A model generated the notes under the pieces. That model searched no databases. It saw only the letters and a list, made by a program, of their open reading frames with translations, and was not told the DNA's origin. DNA of 63,869 nt, the filler included, from an uncultured Acidimicrobiia bacterium (GTDB lineage Bacteria > Actinomycetota > Acidimicrobiia > Spongiisociales > JAOTWH01): NCBI GenBank assembly GCA_964347285.1. It is 3 parts of 3 records of this genome, joined end to end, with 100 filler letters (N's around TTAATTAATTAA, not from the genome) between each part and the next. Parts side by side here need not be neighbours in the genome. Positions count along the whole stretch, not along the records: positions 1 to 29,032 come from CAYFYE010000020.1; 2 more parts are not named here. The stretch is one strand, 5' to 3'. Shown here one piece after another: positions 1 to 10,537 of this stretch (positions are counted from its first letter, which is position 1; every line of letters starts with the position of its first letter). A program made the position numbers and the translations under genes.

Positions 1-713
1 AGGTCTTGCATGAGCGAGCGCTGGGCCCGGGCCAGCTTGTTGATGGTCTCCACCATGTGCACCGGGACGCGGATGGTGCGGCCCTGGTCGGCAAGGGCCC
101 TGGTCACCGCCTGGCGAATCCACCACGTGGCGTAGGTGGAGAACTTGAAGCCCTTGCGGAAGTCGAACTTCTCGACCGCCCGCATGAGTCCCAGGTTGCC
201 TTCCTGGATGAGGTCGAGGAGCGACATCCCTCGGCCCACATACTTCTTGGCGATGGAGACGACCAGGCGCAGGTTGGCCTCGACGAGGCGCTTGCGGGAG
301 TGCTCGGCGTCCCGATAGGCCCGCTCCAGGATCACCCGTTCCTCGGTCTGGAGATCGGGACCATCCTCCTTGATCTTCTCCTCGGCCCGCAGCCCGGCCT
401 CCATCGCCATCGCCAGCTCCACCTCCTGCTGGGCGGTCAGCAGCTGGACCCGGCCGATCTCCTGGAGATACATCCGGACCGGGTCGGACACCACCAGGTC
501 GTCGGAGCCGGTGACGACTTCCTCGAGGAAATGGTCGGTCTCTTCTCGCACCTGAATCCCGCCTTCTCGGAGGGCGTCGAACACGTAGTCGAAAGACTCC
601 GGTGGAGCCTCGGCATCTTCCAGCTCCTGCTGCACCTCGCCCATGACGAGGAAGCCGCGCTGGCGGGCACGCAGCTCGAGTTCTTTGAGGACCTCTTCGG
701 CGACGGAGTTCAG
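1..713 (-). CDS. rpoD: RNA polymerase primary sigma factor, truncated by window edge
   Basis: Manual translation: [27 protein letters not shown] (region 1.1-like), [26 protein letters not shown] (region 1.2), [44 protein letters not shown]. Proposed start is CTG overlapping the dnaG stop, with AGGAGG 6 nt upstream. Confidence 0.95.
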   Translation of the reverse strand, partial: MNSVAEEVLKELELRARQRGFLVMGEVQQELEDAEAPPESFDYVFDALREGGIQVREETDHFLEEVVTGSDDLVVSDPVRMYLQEIGRVQLLTAQQEVELAMAMEAGLRAEEKIKEDGPDLQTEERVILERAYRDAEHSRKRLVEANLRLVVSIAKKYVGRGMSLLDLIQEGNLGLMRAVEKFDFRKGFKFSTYATWWIRQAVTRALADQGRTIRVPVHMVETINKLARAQRSLMQD

Positions 714-2464
714 TCCTGGCCTCCTATCTGGCGTCGCTCCCGCTCCAACGCTATCAACTCGGCAAAGCGGGCGGAATACTCGTCTGGATCGGCCTCGGGG
801 TCGACCGCCTCCACAGCGGTCTTCACCTCTTCAATTCGGCGCTCCAGGGCCCCAACCTGAAGCCTTCTTGCGACCTCGGCCGGATCGGGAATGGGTCGCT
901 GGTCGAGGGCAAGCGAACGCAGCATGCCGGTCTCAGGCGAGTCGTTGTCGCCCAGTAGCGACCCGAGGTCCGGCGGGCGGCCGGGCGCCAGGGCCCCCAC
1001 GGCCGGTGCCAGCACCTCAAAGGCCCGAGCGTGATCGGGGCGGGTGAACAGACTCGCATCCAGGTCCAGGGCGGCGACACCGGGATGATTGGCCAGCAAT
1101 GCCCGCAAGAGCTCCCGCTCGGCCTTCTCCAGGCCGGTGAGCGTTCCCTGATCGATCTCGGTCGTGCCGGGGCTGGGTCGGCGGCCGGTACCCTCGACGA
1201 GGGCGGCGACATCATCGAGCTCCAGCCCGGTTCGCCTGGACAGCGCTACTGCGTACTCGCGACGCACCAGGGAATCGGGGTGACGAGCCACCAGGGCCGC
1301 CGCCGCCCGGGCTCCCCGTACCCGGGCCTCGGGCTCGGTCAGGTCGAAGCGGGCCAGCTCCTGTTCGATGCCGAACAACAGCAGGGGCTGAGACTCCTCG
1401 ATGGCCTTGCGCAACCGGTCGAGTTCCCCGGCCGTGACCACGTCGGCCGGGTCCATCCCGTCCGGGAGGGCCGCCACCCGGAGGTCGAGTTCGCCGGGCA
1501 CCGAGTGCTGAAAGCCGCGCAGCGACGCCCCGGCCCCGGCCGCGTCGGCGTCGAAGGCGAGTACCACCCGCTCGGAGAAGCGGCGTAGGAGGTCGAGGTG
1601 GCTTTCTCCCAGGGCGGTGCCGCAGGTGGCCACCGCCAGCGGAAGGCCGGCCTGGTGGAGGGCAATGACGTCGGTATAGCCCTCCACCACCACCGAATGA
1701 CCGGCCCGAACGATGTCGGACTTGGCCCAGTTCAACCCGTAAAGAAGCTGTGACTTGTGGTAGAGAGGCCCGTCGGGCGAGTTGAGATACTTGGGGCCCT
1801 CGCCCTCGAGCAGGCGGGCGCCGAATCCCACCGGGTCGCCCCTCAAGTCAAAGACGGGGAACATCACCCGGGCCCGGAACCTGTCGAGCAGCCTGCCTTG
1901 TCGCCCCCGGCTGGCCAGCCCGGCCTGAATCACAACGCCCTCGGGGATGCCGGTCCGGCGCAGATGACCCACCAGTACATCCCAGCTGTTGGGGGCATAG
2001 CCGAGCTTGAACGACTCCACGACCTCGGCGTCGTAGCCCCGCCCCCTCAGGTAGCTGCGGGCCGGCCCGGCGTCCTCCCCCGATTTCAGATGGTTGTGGT
2101 AGAAGTCGACGGCCGCGTCAACGGCGGCAATCAGCGCCTCGCGGCGATCCCGCCGCCGGTCGGCGTCGGGGTCGCGTTCCAGGGGGATTCCCCCTTTGCG
2201 GGCCAGGAACTCGACGGCTTCGTTGAACGAAAGGCCCTGACTGTCCTCGAGGAACCGAAAGATGTCGCCGCTCTTGCCGCACCCGAAACAGTTGTAGAGG
2301 CCGCGGGCGGCATCCACCGACATCGACGGCGTCTTCTCCTGGTGGAAGGGACAGATCGCCATCACCGACCGGCCGCTCTTGCGTACCTTGGTGACATCGG
2401 CGATGAGGTCGACGAGGTTGGAGGCGGCCCGCACCCGCTCGATGTCTTCCCGGCGGTAGCCCAT
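710..2464 (-). CDS. dnaG: DNA primase
   Basis: [10 protein letters not shown]...CFGCG zinc finger, KYLNSP, VEGYTDV, FDADAAG Toprim motifs. ATG at 2464. Confidence 0.97.
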   Translation of the reverse strand: MGYRREDIERVRAASNLVDLIADVTKVRKSGRSVMAICPFHQEKTPSMSVDAARGLYNCFGCGKSGDIFRFLEDSQGLSFNEAVEFLARKGGIPLERDPDADRRRDRREALIAAVDAAVDFYHNHLKSGEDAGPARSYLRGRGYDAEVVESFKLGYAPNSWDVLVGHLRRTGIPEGVVIQAGLASRGRQGRLLDRFRARVMFPVFDLRGDPVGFGARLLEGEGPKYLNSPDGPLYHKSQLLYGLNWAKSDIVRAGHSVVVEGYTDVIALHQAGLPLAVATCGTALGESHLDLLRRFSERVVLAFDADAAGAGASLRGFQHSVPGELDLRVAALPDGMDPADVVTAGELDRLRKAIEESQPLLLFGIEQELARFDLTEPEARVRGARAAAALVARHPDSLVRREYAVALSRRTGLELDDVAALVEGTGRRPSPGTTEIDQGTLTGLEKAERELLRALLANHPGVAALDLDASLFTRPDHARAFEVLAPAVGALAPGRPPDLGSLLGDNDSPETGMLRSLALDQRPIPDPAEVARRLQVGALERRIEEVKTAVEAVDPEADPDEYSARFAELIALERERRQIGGQD

Positions 2465-2574
2465 TGCAGCGAGTGTACCGGTGCCCACCGTCGACCCTCG
2501 GCAGTGCCGCCGGACGCCGAGTCCCAGAACCGATTACAACAAGCGAGTCCGGAACCGTATCGTGAGCCGCGGCA

Positions 2575-4209
2575 ATGACCGAGCCCGCTTCTTGGACTCG
2601 CGCCGATCATCTGGAACGCATCACCGGCGGCCGCTTCGACCTGCTGGTGATCGGCGGCGGAATAGTCGGTGCCGGCGTGGCCCTCGATGCCGCCGACCGG
2701 GGTCTCGGCGTGGCCCTGGTGGAGCAGGCCGATTTCGCCTCGGGCGCCTCCAGCCGCTCGACCAAGCTCCTGCACGGCGGCGTGCGCTACCTGCCACAGT
2801 TTCGCTTCAGCCTGGTGCGGGAGGGCCTGCGCGAACAGAGAGTCCTGGCCCACACCGCCGACTACCTCTATCGGCCCATAGACTTCGTCGTTCCCCTGTA
2901 CAGAGATCGCTCCTTCGGCGACGTGCCCCGCTGGCTGGCCCGTCCCTGGATCCTCCCGACGGCTCTGCGCCTCGGCCTGTGGACCTACGACACCCTCGGG
3001 GCCCGGCGACGACGCGGAGGCCGGCGAGTGGGGGCCCGTGAAGCGCTCCGGCTGGTGCCCGGGCTTCGCCCTGAGGGCCTTCGGGGTGCGTACGCCTACC
3101 GGGATGCGGTGACCGACGACGCCCGTCTCACCTTCGCCGTCCTCAAGGCGGCGGTGGGGCGCGGGGCAACGGCGGTGAATCGGCTGGGCGTCGAGCAAGT
3201 GGAGCGGGTCGGGTCGGCCTACACGGCCACCTGTCGCGATCGCGCCGACGGGAGCGCCGTCGAGATCACCGCTCCCGCAGTGGTGGCCGTCACCGGGAGC
3301 TTTTCCCCGCCCGCTCCCCGAGGCCGCTCCCTCATACCGGTGCGGGCCTCCAAAGGGGTGCACCTGCTCATCGACCCGGACGCCGTTGCCCTCGGGGGAC
3401 GAGCCGTAGTCCTGCCCGAGACGGACGACGACCGGGTCCTCTTTGTCGTGCCCTGGCACGGCAAAGTCATGCTGGGCACCACCGACACCCCGTATGAAGG
3501 CGATCTCGAGCACCCGACCACCGACGAGGCCGACGCCGCCTACCTCATCGATCACCTGCGCCGCTACTTCGACACCGCCACGGTCGACCCCATCGCCGCC
3601 TGGGCCGGCCTGCGGGCATTGGTGGGAAACTCCGAGGACTCGACCGCCAAGGCCACCCGCAAGCACGAGTTTCGGGAAGTGTCCCCCGGCTACTTCCAGG
3701 TGGCGGGCGGAAAGCTCACCGCCTATCGGGTCATCGCCGGTGAGGCCACCGACCGGGTGTGTCGCCATCTCGGCCTGGCCGCCCGGAGCCGGACCGCCCG
3801 CATTCCGGTGGCCGGAGCCGGGGGTACCGTGGAGCAGCGCCGCCGCCTCATCGAGGGCACCGCCGCCCTCGGCCTGCCTCCCGATTACCCCGACGCCCTC
3901 TACGACCGCTTCGGCACCGAAGCGGTCGCGGTGATCGATGCGATCGAGGCCCGGCCGGAGTGGGCTCGTCTGATGGCCGGGGGATGGTCTCCGGCCGAGG
4001 CGGCCCACGCCGTGCGGCACGAAGCGGCCACCACCGCCGCCGATTTCGCCCTGCGCCGCACCCGTCTGGCCCTCCTCACCTCAGACCACGGCCGCTCCCA
4101 GGTCGGTGAGATCGTCTCGGTGATGGGAGCCGAGCTCGGCTGGAACGGGGAGAGGCGCCGGGAGGAAGCCGAGCGATTCGAGCGGGATCTGGCGGACGAG
4201 GGGCTATAG
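2575..4209 (+). CDS. glpD: FAD-dependent glycerol-3-phosphate dehydrogenase
   Basis: IGGGIVGAGVALDA, ASGASSRSTKLLHGGVRYL, GGKLTAYR motifs. Confidence 0.95.
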   Translation: MTEPASWTRADHLERITGGRFDLLVIGGGIVGAGVALDAADRGLGVALVEQADFASGASSRSTKLLHGGVRYLPQFRFSLVREGLREQRVLAHTADYLYRPIDFVVPLYRDRSFGDVPRWLARPWILPTALRLGLWTYDTLGARRRRGGRRVGAREALRLVPGLRPEGLRGAYAYRDAVTDDARLTFAVLKAAVGRGATAVNRLGVEQVERVGSAYTATCRDRADGSAVEITAPAVVAVTGSFSPPAPRGRSLIPVRASKGVHLLIDPDAVALGGRAVVLPETDDDRVLFVVPWHGKVMLGTTDTPYEGDLEHPTTDEADAAYLIDHLRRYFDTATVDPIAAWAGLRALVGNSEDSTAKATRKHEFREVSPGYFQVAGGKLTAYRVIAGEATDRVCRHLGLAARSRTARIPVAGAGGTVEQRRRLIEGTAALGLPPDYPDALYDRFGTEAVAVIDAIEARPEWARLMAGGWSPAEAAHAVRHEAATTAADFALRRTRLALLTSDHGRSQVGEIVSVMGAELGWNGERRREEAERFERDLADEGL

Positions 4210-4213
4210 CCGC

Positions 4214-5527
<1,314 letters not shown>

Positions 5528-5660
5528 GGGTTGCGGATGATACGGCACCGGCCGGAGGACGGTGCGAAGCCGACCGAGGGCAGCGGCACCGCATCGGTTA
5601 CCCGGCGCGACCCGGAACCCGGCCCCACCCACCTACGAGACGGCGGCAACGCCGGAGCGG

Positions 5661-6389
5661 CTAGCCCTCTACTCCCCCGAATCGGCGGACCCGACCCCTG
5701 TACTCCTCGATACAACGAGCCAGCTCGGTTCGGTCGAAATCCGGCCACAGCACAGGGCTGAACACCAGCTCGGCGTAGGCGGCCTGCCAGAGGAGGAAGT
5801 TGCTGAGGCGCTGCTCTCCGCTGGTCCGAATGATCAGATCTGGATCGGGCATATCGGGCAGATAGAGGTGGGCGGCGATGGTCTGCTCTTCGATGGCCGC
5901 ATGCTCGATATCGCCTTCGGCCGCCGCGGCGGCGATTCGGCGGGCCGCCTCGGCCAGCTCGTGACGGCCCCCGTAGTTGAAGGCGAACACCAGGCGCATC
6001 TTGTCGTTGCCGGCCGTCATGTCCTCGGTCTCGGCCATACGGTGCTGCACCCGCTCCGGAACCCTGGGGTCGGTCCAGTCGCCGATGAAATGGACCCGCA
6101 CCCCAAGCTCATCGACCTCGTCGCGCCGCCTCAGGAGCAAGCTCTCGTTGAACTGCATGAGGAACTCGACCTCGTCGTCGGGTCTCGACCAGTTCTCGGT
6201 GGAGAAGGCGTAAACGGTCAACCAGCCGATTCCCAGTTCGAGAGCACCTTCGACGGTGTCGAACAGGGCGGCCTCGCCGGCGGCGTGGCCGGCGGTGCGT
6301 TCCAGGCCGCGGGCGTCGGCCCACCGACCGTTTCCGTCCATGATGATGGCCACATGGCGGGGCGTCCCTCGGCGATCGAGCTCAGGCAT
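5661..6389 (-). CDS. uppS: Polyprenyl diphosphate synthase (UppS family)
   Basis: HVAIIMDGNGRWA, YAFSTENW, RTSGEQRLSNFLLWQ. Confidence 0.95.
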   Translation of the reverse strand: MPELDRRGTPRHVAIIMDGNGRWADARGLERTAGHAAGEAALFDTVEGALELGIGWLTVYAFSTENWSRPDDEVEFLMQFNESLLLRRRDEVDELGVRVHFIGDWTDPRVPERVQHRMAETEDMTAGNDKMRLVFAFNYGGRHELAEAARRIAAAAAEGDIEHAAIEEQTIAAHLYLPDMPDPDLIIRTSGEQRLSNFLLWQAAYAELVFSPVLWPDFDRTELARCIEEYRGRVRRFGGVEG

Positions 6390-7101
6390 CGATCACCGCC
6401 AGGGACGCCAGGCGCCGATCGAGGTGGTACTCGAGGAAGCGTCGAGCAACACCCATTGCCTCCGGCGACAGGGCTGGATCTGGTTCCGGCAGGTCCCCCA
6501 GTTCGGCCGCCGCCAACCTCGCCAGGTAGCCGGTCACGCCGGGTCGGAGGACGTAGCCGCCGGCGGAACGACATCGCTCGCACTGGGCACCGCCCCCGGC
6601 CATGCTGAAACGGGCCAGGCCTTCGCTGGTTCCGCAGCTTGCACACTCCGCCAGGGCCGGAGCCACACCGACCACCTCGGCGGCTTTCAGGAGAAACGCC
6701 GGGACCAGGTCGGGATGGAGAGGACCCTCCTCGAGTGCCCGCAGGCCCCGCTTGAGCAAGAGAAAGAGTCGTATAGAAGATTCTTCCTCCTGGGCCACTC
6801 CATCGGCCACCTCGACCATCGTGCCGGCCGCCACCACCTTGTCGAGGTCGCCGCGCAGCCTGGGGTGGGAGTCGATCGTGGTGGCCTGGGTGATCGTGTC
6901 GAGATTTCGACCCTCGTACAGCACCAGATCGACGTGGCAGAACGGCTCGAGCCGGCCTCCAAAGCGGCTCTTGGTGCGCCGTACCCCCTTGGCGACGGCC
7001 CGCAGCTTTCCTCGATTGGGAGAGAGGAGCACGACCACCCGGTCCGCTTCTCCGAACGGGTAGCTGCGCAACACGATGCCCTGATCGTTGCGAAGAGCCA
7101 C
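6382..7101 (-). CDS. recO: DNA repair protein RecO
   Basis: GEADRVV, AKGVRRTKSRFGGRLEPF, CASCG...CERC zinc finger. GTG start at 7101. Confidence 0.95.
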   Translation of the reverse strand: MALRNDQGIVLRSYPFGEADRVVVLLSPNRGKLRAVAKGVRRTKSRFGGRLEPFCHVDLVLYEGRNLDTITQATTIDSHPRLRGDLDKVVAAGTMVEVADGVAQEEESSIRLFLLLKRGLRALEEGPLHPDLVPAFLLKAAEVVGVAPALAECASCGTSEGLARFSMAGGGAQCERCRSAGGYVLRPGVTGYLARLAAAELGDLPEPDPALSPEAMGVARRFLEYHLDRRLASLAVIDA

Positions 7102-7202
7102 GGGAGAAGGGTAAAGGAGATGCCCGATGACGAAGGCCGCTCGGGGGCCGGCAGCGCCGGACCGAGAGCGAAGCGAACGAACGGAGTGGCAGACTCGCGG
7201 CC

Positions 7203-7742
7203 GTGGAGATACGAGCGGCAACACCAGCCGACGCCGAAGCGATCGGGGGCGTCCACGTCGACTCGTGGCGGCACACCTACGAAGGCCTGATGCCGCCCGA
7301 GGTGTTGAACCGCCTCGACGAGGAACGCTGGGGGCGGGCCTGGCGGCGCCGGCTGGCCCGTCGCGGACCTGCCGACCGGACCTGGGTCGCCGAAGAGAAC
7401 GGCACTGTGGTCGGTTTCATCGACACCGGACGGTCCCGCGACCCCGACGTCCCCGAAGGCACCTTCGAGGTGTACGCCGTGTACCTGGCTCCCAACCACA
7501 CCGGCCGGGGAATCGGACGAAGCCTCGTAGACCACGCACTCGCCGATCTGCAGAGCCGGGGCGTGGAAACGATCACCCTGTGGGTCCTCGAGACCAACGA
7601 ACGGGCCCGCTCCTTCTACGTGAAGACCGGCTGGATCGAGGACGGTACCGTCAAGGCCGAGTCCGTGTTCGGCCTCTGGGACGCCCCGGCGGTGCGCTAC
7701 CGCTACGCACCGGAAGTGGGTAATCGGAAGCACGCCTACTAG
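7203..7742 (+). CDS. GNAT family N-acetyltransferase
   Basis: VYLAPNHTGRGIGRSL acetyl-CoA motif, LWVLETNERARSFY. Confidence 0.9.
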   Translation: MEIRAATPADAEAIGGVHVDSWRHTYEGLMPPEVLNRLDEERWGRAWRRRLARRGPADRTWVAEENGTVVGFIDTGRSRDPDVPEGTFEVYAVYLAPNHTGRGIGRSLVDHALADLQSRGVETITLWVLETNERARSFYVKTGWIEDGTVKAESVFGLWDAPAVRYRYAPEVGNRKHAY

Positions 7743-7752
7743 GTTTCCCGCC

Positions 7753-8040
7753 ATGGCTGAAGCGCTCAGCGACGATCAAAGAAAGAGCTTCCTCACCGCT
7801 CATCCAGAATGGCAGCTCGTGGGTGAGACCATTCGCCGCACCTTCGTGCTCGCGGATTTCGGCGAGGCGATGGGCCTCGTCACCCGGCTGGGACTGGCCG
7901 CCGAACGAGCCGACCATCACCCCGACATCGACATCCGCTGGAACAAGGTGACGCTCACCCTGACCACCCACTCCGCCGGGGCCCTCACGGAAAAAGACGT
8001 CTCCTTGGCCGCCGAGATCGACGGCTTCGTCCCCGGCTAG
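7753..8040 (+). CDS. phhB: Pterin-4-alpha-carbinolamine dehydratase
   Basis: AERADHHPDIDIRWNKVTLTLTTH signature. Confidence 0.9.
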   Translation: MAEALSDDQRKSFLTAHPEWQLVGETIRRTFVLADFGEAMGLVTRLGLAAERADHHPDIDIRWNKVTLTLTTHSAGALTEKDVSLAAEIDGFVPG

Positions 8041-8913
8041 CTAGAAGCCGAGCCGGTCGAGGAGCTGGTCCCGGCGCTGCCATTCCTTCTCGACCCGTAC
8101 CCGCAGGTCCAAGAACACTTTGGTGCCGAACAGTGCCTCCAGTTCCTCTCGTGCCTCGCGGCCGGCAGCAGCAAGCAGACGGCCCTCCTTGCCGATGACG
8201 ATGCCCTTCTGGGATTCGCGCTCGACCACCACGCCGACTGCGTAGTAGAGCGTTCCATCTGCCCGAACCTCCCGGTCCTCCACTCCCACCGCCAAGGAGT
8301 GGGGAAGCTCGTCGCGCAACCGGTCGAGGAACTTCTCACGCACGATCTCACCCGCGAGCAGCTCCTCCGGCTGGTCGGTGTGCAGGCCGGGCGGGAAGTA
8401 GGCCGGGCCCTCCGGCAGCAGAGGCAACAACTCCTCGACGACCACACCCAGGTTCTCCTGCTCGGTTGCGCTGACCGGCACATAGGCTGCAAAGTCCCAC
8501 TGCCCGGCCACGTCGAGCTGAGCGGCCAGCTGGGCCCGGGAGGCGGCGTCGACCTTGTTCACGGCCACCACCACCGAGGCCCCTGCCTCGCCGAGTCGGT
8601 CGGCGATGCGCCGGTCCCCCGGACCGATGGCCTGAGTGGAATCGAGGACGAACAGAGCCGCGTCGGTGTCGGCCAGCGTTCCATACACGAGCAGGTTGAG
8701 TCGCTCACCGAGAGCGGTCTTCGGCCTATGAAGCCCCGGGGTGTCCACGAACACGATCTGGGCCTGAGAGAGGTGGAGAACGCCGCGAATCGTGTTGCGG
8801 GTCGTCTGCGGCCGGGAAGAGGTGATCGACACCTTGGCGCCGACGAGTGCATTGACGAGAGTCGACTTGCCGACGTTGGGTCGGCCGACGACGGCGACGA
8901 AGCCCGACTTCAC
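8041..8913 (-). CDS. era: GTPase Era
   Basis: GRPNVGKSTL, DTPG, NKVD, KH domain SQKGIVIGKEG. Confidence 0.97.
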   Translation of the reverse strand: MKSGFVAVVGRPNVGKSTLVNALVGAKVSITSSRPQTTRNTIRGVLHLSQAQIVFVDTPGLHRPKTALGERLNLLVYGTLADTDAALFVLDSTQAIGPGDRRIADRLGEAGASVVVAVNKVDAASRAQLAAQLDVAGQWDFAAYVPVSATEQENLGVVVEELLPLLPEGPAYFPPGLHTDQPEELLAGEIVREKFLDRLRDELPHSLAVGVEDREVRADGTLYYAVGVVVERESQKGIVIGKEGRLLAAAGREAREELEALFGTKVFLDLRVRVEKEWQRRDQLLDRLGF

Positions 8914-10076
8914 TGCTGGCGAACGGTGACCTCGGCCACCCGCCTTCCCTGGACCCGCTCGGCCACGATGACCAGACCGTCGAGCTCGAAGGATTCTCCT
9001 TCGGTGGGCACCCGGCCGGCCAGACCGAGGACCAATCCGCCCACCGTGTCCCAGTCCTCGCTGGGCAGGTCCACCCCGACCAGCTCGCTCAGATCGTCGA
9101 CCGAGAGGCGGCCGTCGATGCGATAGCCCCCCGAGGGCAGGGCGGTGACCATCGGCTCCTCCTCGTCATACTCGTCGGCGATCTCTCCGACGAGCTCCTC
9201 GATGAGATCTTCGATCGTCACCAAGCCGGCCGTACTCCCGAACTCGTCGACGACGATGGCCAGGTGCACCTGATTGGCTTGCATCTCTCGCAGAAGTTCG
9301 GACACCCGCTTGGTTTCCGGAACGAAGTAGGCGGGACGGGCGAGTTCAGAGACCGGCTTGGGGCCTTCGTGGAGATTCATCAGCTCCAGCAAGTCGCGAG
9401 CGTAGAAGACACCGACCACATCGTCGGGGCCCTCACCGATGACCGGAATGCGGGATCGGCCTTGGGCCAGCACGAGACCGAGGGCCTCGTCGGTGCTGGC
9501 GGTCATCGCCACGGTCACCATGTCGGGACGAGGCACCATCACCTCGCGCACAATGGCATCGGCGAACCCGAGAACGGACGAGATCAGCTCCCTTTCCTCT
9601 TGTTGATCCTCATCACCGGCCTCGCGGTCTTCCTCTCCGTCCTCGTCCTGAATGAGATCGGCGGCCCGCCCGCCGAGCCCGATTGCCGCCGAGAGCAACC
9701 CGGCAAACCGGTAGGCGAGGCGGCGGGGCCGGGCCCGGCCCCACTCCCGGGGGAGGAAATCGCCAAATACGACCACCACCAACCCCAGGCCGAACATCGA
9801 CGCCAGGAGCGCCGAGCCCGACGCCAGAGCCGTGATCGCCCAAGCACCCAACACCGCCGCCACCACGAGCAGCGTGGAGTGGACGATTCCCAGCGCCGGT
9901 TGAACGGCCGCCCGATCCTCGAGGAGATCAGCCACCCTTTCGGCCCGGCGGTTGCCCTCGGCAGAATCGTGGAGGACGTCGGCACGGGGAGTCCTCACAA
10001 GAGAAGCGCCGGCGGCCCGGAGGGCGGCGGCCAGCGCCAGGACGATTGCCGCGAAGACGAGGATGCCTGTGGTCAC
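8910..10076 (-). CDS. Hemolysin/CorC-family CNNM-CBS-CorC membrane protein
   Basis: N-terminal TM segments, VREVMVPRPD, VVDEFGSTAGLVTIEDLIEELVGEI, CorC tail. GTG start overlaps the ybeY stop. Confidence 0.9.
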   Translation of the reverse strand: MTTGILVFAAIVLALAAALRAAGASLVRTPRADVLHDSAEGNRRAERVADLLEDRAAVQPALGIVHSTLLVVAAVLGAWAITALASGSALLASMFGLGLVVVVFGDFLPREWGRARPRRLAYRFAGLLSAAIGLGGRAADLIQDEDGEEDREAGDEDQQEERELISSVLGFADAIVREVMVPRPDMVTVAMTASTDEALGLVLAQGRSRIPVIGEGPDDVVGVFYARDLLELMNLHEGPKPVSELARPAYFVPETKRVSELLREMQANQVHLAIVVDEFGSTAGLVTIEDLIEELVGEIADEYDEEEPMVTALPSGGYRIDGRLSVDDLSELVGVDLPSEDWDTVGGLVLGLAGRVPTEGESFELDGLVIVAERVQGRRVAEVTVRQQ

Positions 10077-10537
10077 GGGCGCCGCCTTCCCGCCTGGGCC
10101 AGGAGCTCGCGCTCCCTGGCTTCCATGAGGGCAGCTTCGTCGTCTTCCACGTGGTCGTAGCCGAGCAGGTGCAGGATGCCGTGTATCACGATCAGCGCCA
10201 GCTCGTCCTCGAAGGCTACCCCGGCGGCGTCGGCGTTGCGGCGCACGACGGCCGGGCATACGAATACGTCCCCGAGATTCACCGGCGGTCCGTTGGGCTC
10301 GGTAGCCGGGAGTTCTCCGGGATGGAGGTGTTCGAGGGGAAAGGCCAAGACGTCGGTGGCTCCCCTCTGCTCCATGAAGCGCTCGTTGTAGACCGCCATC
10401 TCCCCGGGTCCGACCAGCACCAGCGCCAGCTCGGTGTCTTCCGGCATGTGCTCCCCAACCAGGACGTCTTCTGCCAGGGTCCTCAGTCGGTCGGTTTGGA
10501 CGGGCTCGTCCTGCTCATCGGCGAGGAAGACGTTCAG
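10073..10537 (-). CDS. ybeY: rRNA maturation endoribonuclease YbeY
   Basis: TDVLAFP, LGDVFVC, HGILHLLGYDH. Proposed CTG start overlapping the upstream TGA. Confidence 0.93.
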   Translation of the reverse strand: MNVFLADEQDEPVQTDRLRTLAEDVLVGEHMPEDTELALVLVGPGEMAVYNERFMEQRGATDVLAFPLEHLHPGELPATEPNGPPVNLGDVFVCPAVVRRNADAAGVAFEDELALIVIHGILHLLGYDHVEDDEAALMEARERELLAQAGRRRP

